Positions 61,075-64,000 of a stretch of DNA of 64,000 bases are shown here, piece by piece. Below the pieces are notes generated by a model. That model made no database searches. It was not told where the DNA came from and was given only the letters and a program-made list of their open reading frames with translations. This DNA is from Felis catus. Taxonomy: Eukaryota. Both the position numbers and the translations under genes were made by a program. The stretch covers positions 28,274,001 to 28,338,000 of the forward strand of contig NC_058369.1 in assembly GCF_018350175.1 (NCBI RefSeq), given 5' to 3'. Each line of letters begins with the position of its first letter. Position 1 is the stretch's first letter.

Positions 61075-64000
61075 GTTATGTTTCTGGCTCTGAAGGAACA
61101 ACTTATATCAGACTAATCCTCCAGCAGAAAACAATCATAATGATGCATGGAATAAAAAATAAGACTGTTTGAAAGCATTGGAGAACCACCAAGGCAACCA
61201 GGATTTAAGCAGGAAATGAAAGCTCATTAAAGTCAGCCCTATATTTACAGCAGCTTTTTTATCCTAAGGGCATCTGTTAATTTGCATTGTGGGGATATTC
61301 ACCAAGTAGAAAGCAGCAACCTATAGCTTGCAGCAGCTTCTCTGTGTTGAAGAGATAAAACTTGAAGTTAAGGGCTATAGAAGCAGCAGCTAGGACTTGA
61401 GGGGCTAAGATTTCTGAGAAAGGGGGACCACAGAGAAGTGACCTCAAAATTCCCAATTCAAATATCCCCTCCAGATATGTGCACATCCCTAAGCTACAAA
61501 TGTGTGGAGTGGGGGGGGGGGGGGGGGGAAGCTGAGCAAAAATCAGTTGCTAAGAGACTAAATAGCTTAGGAATAATTTTGTCAATCCAGAAATGATTGG
61601 AAGACAAACACTGGAATTTAGAACCTGCTAAGGACAAAGGACCACGGTAAACATCCCAGACACTCAGCTAAGAAACTCTGAGGACTTGAGTTGTTAGAAC
61701 AAATGGGAAATAAACCAGACACAGCCTCGAAAAAAAAAAAAAAATCTCATTTGTTGATTAGATCAACATGACCCGTTCATACCGCATCCACCTGACAGAA
61801 AATTAACATCTCTCTGAAAGAAGATAATAAAATCTACATGAAAGGAAATACTAACAGGAACTAGAGGGAATTATTCAGGCAGAAGAAAACATTCCCAGAT
61901 GAAAGCACAGAATGTGGAATGCAGTGAAAAGTACCAGATTGGGGTAAATATGTGGGGAAGTGCTAAATAAATAAGATCGTTTAAAGTAAAAATGTCTTGG
62001 GGTGGGATTGCATTACACAGCAACAATAACACAGAAGAGGAGACAGTATAGGTGGCAAATGAATGTATTATAGGTTTCCTAAAACCAAAATAAGAACTTA
62101 AGAGACAGACTGTCAGACTGGATTAATAAAATAAATCACAAAAGACAAACTTTAAGTAAACCAGAAAGAATGTTAAACTGTCTTTCTTTATGGATGACAT
62201 GATCATGTGTGTAGAAAAGCTTAAACAACTGCAAAAAGACTAAGAGAACTAATAAATGAATTTAACAAGTCAAAGGTAATGAAGGCAACATACAGAAACC
62301 AATACTATTTCTAACATAAGCAATGAATAATTAGAAAATAAAACTAAAAGTATAATTCCATTACTATGCCACTCCAAAACATGAAATCCATGTAAGACCT
62401 TTGCACTAAAATCTACAAAACATTGTAAAAAGAAATTATAGAACTAAATAAATGGTAAGATTTAGTATATTCGAGATTGAAAGATTCAATATTGTCAAAA
62501 TGGCATTTCTCTCACAATTCAATCTAAAGATTCAATGCAATTCCAATCAAAACCACATGACTTTTTGTAGAAACTGACAAACTGATTATAATTTATATGA
62601 AATGCAAATGAACTAAAACAGACAAAGGCAATTTTAATACATAAGTACAGAATTGGAGAACTAAAACTACTTGATTTTAAGACTGACTATAAAGCCACAC
62701 CAAGCAAAACTGTGTGTTATTAATGAAAGAAGAGATAAATTAATCAAGTAAACAGATGGATAGTCTAGAAATAGACCCACACATAAATGGTTAATCGATT
62801 TTTGACAAAGATGTCAGGGCAATTCAATGATGGAATAGAATATTTTTGGTAAATAGTGCTAGAACTAGATATTCATACTGGGGGGAAGGCCAGAGGAAAG
62901 AATACTGACTCTTACCTTATACCATATACAAATATTACCTCAGAATAGATCATAGACCACACATTTAGAAGAAATCATGGGAAAAAATATTTGTATACTT
63001 GGAGTAGACTCAGATTCCTTAGAAAGGATCAAAAAACATGAAAGACCAACATTTAAAACTTCATTTAAAACTTCTGCATTTTAAAAGTCACTGCCCTGCA
63101 ACAGAAGAAAATATCTGCAATATACATATGTGAGAAAGGACTTGTATCCAGAATACATAAAGAACTCCTACAACTCAACAAAAAAGGAGAAAACAAAGCC
63201 AGATATTTGAAAACACCGGACAAAAGAAATTATATCAATGGCAAATAACTACATGAAGAGGTGTTCAATATCATCAAGAATCACAAACCAAAACCACAAA
63301 GAGATAACTATACACACCCATTAGAACAATTAAAATTTAAAAGAGTGACCTTGCCAAAGGTTTGCAAGAATGTAGAGCAATTGGAATGCTCATAAAGGGA
63401 TAGTGTGAATTTAAAAAAAAAAGGCACAACCACTTTAGAAAACTGTTAGTTTCTTTAAAATTTTACAAATATCCATAATATATGACTCAGGCATTTCACT
63501 GTAAAGTTTTTATTTATCCAGAGAAATGAAAGTATGTCCACACAAATATTTGTGCACAAATATTCATTCAATAAATGAATATTGAATGAAAGCAGTTTCA
63601 TGCAAATGAAAGCAGTTTCATGCAAAATAATCCAAATCTGTAAACAACGTTTAAGTAAACTAACAAATGAATGCATAGAATGAATGAATGAATAACACAA
63701 AATGTAAAATGCCCATATAATGGAATACCAATGAGTGATAAAAGGAAACAAACTACTAATACTTGCAAACACCTACATGACTTTCCAAATCATTATGGTC
63801 AATGAAACCAGACATAAAAGAGTATATATTGTATGATTCAATTATTAAACATTCTAGAAAATGAAAAATAATCTCTGATGATAGTAAACAAATCAATTGT
63901 TGCCTGAAAGCTGGGTCCAGTGGGAGGGAATAACTGCAATCTGACATGAGTAAACTTTTCATGGCAATAGAAATGTTCCATATCTTGATGGCATAGGTAG
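61075..64000 (+). mobile_element. Ancient LINE-1 (L1ME-like), heavily deleted: 5' end, ORF2 pieces, 3' UTR
   Basis: 5'-end-like TATCAGACTAATCCTCC..AAAACAA; GATGACATGATCATGTGTGTAGAAAA (RT DD motif region); AGATTCAATGCAATTCCAATCAAAA; 3' UTR runs off the window. Confidence 0.8.
61511..61528 (+). repeat. G18 homopolymer
   Basis: 18 consecutive G. Confidence 0.9.

Noticed and set aside
1..64000. tRNA genes suggested by A-box/B-box motifs (TGGCTCAG..., GAGTTCGAGCCC)
   Set aside because: All lie in the tRNA-derived heads of CAN-SINEs

Overview
This is mammalian non-coding DNA, very probably from a cat-family genome. It carries 18 tRNA-derived CAN-SINEs, including three near-identical young SINEC_Fc-type copies. 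Other repeats are decayed LINE-1/HAL1 fragments, L2 and MIR relics, hAT MITEs (MER5, MER20, MER58, MER63, MER91), four solo LTRs and microsatellites. I find no recognisable protein-coding exon, tRNA, rRNA or miRNA, and no prokaryotic-type system. The only ORF with clear homology is a dead L1 ORF2 remnant (42459-42821), so the window is intronic or intergenic. I cannot support a new biological system. The best leads are: (i) repeat-poor blocks dense in transcription-factor motifs (about 3.2-3.6, 17, 21.3-22.3, 36 and 53.4-57.7 kb); (ii) weak, convergent hints of a minus-strand spliced transcript (candidate exons, a TATA-like element, a SINE orientation skew); (iii) readable insertion and duplication histories. 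Repeat family names come from recalled consensus similarity, not from a database search, and the boundaries of old repeats are approximate.
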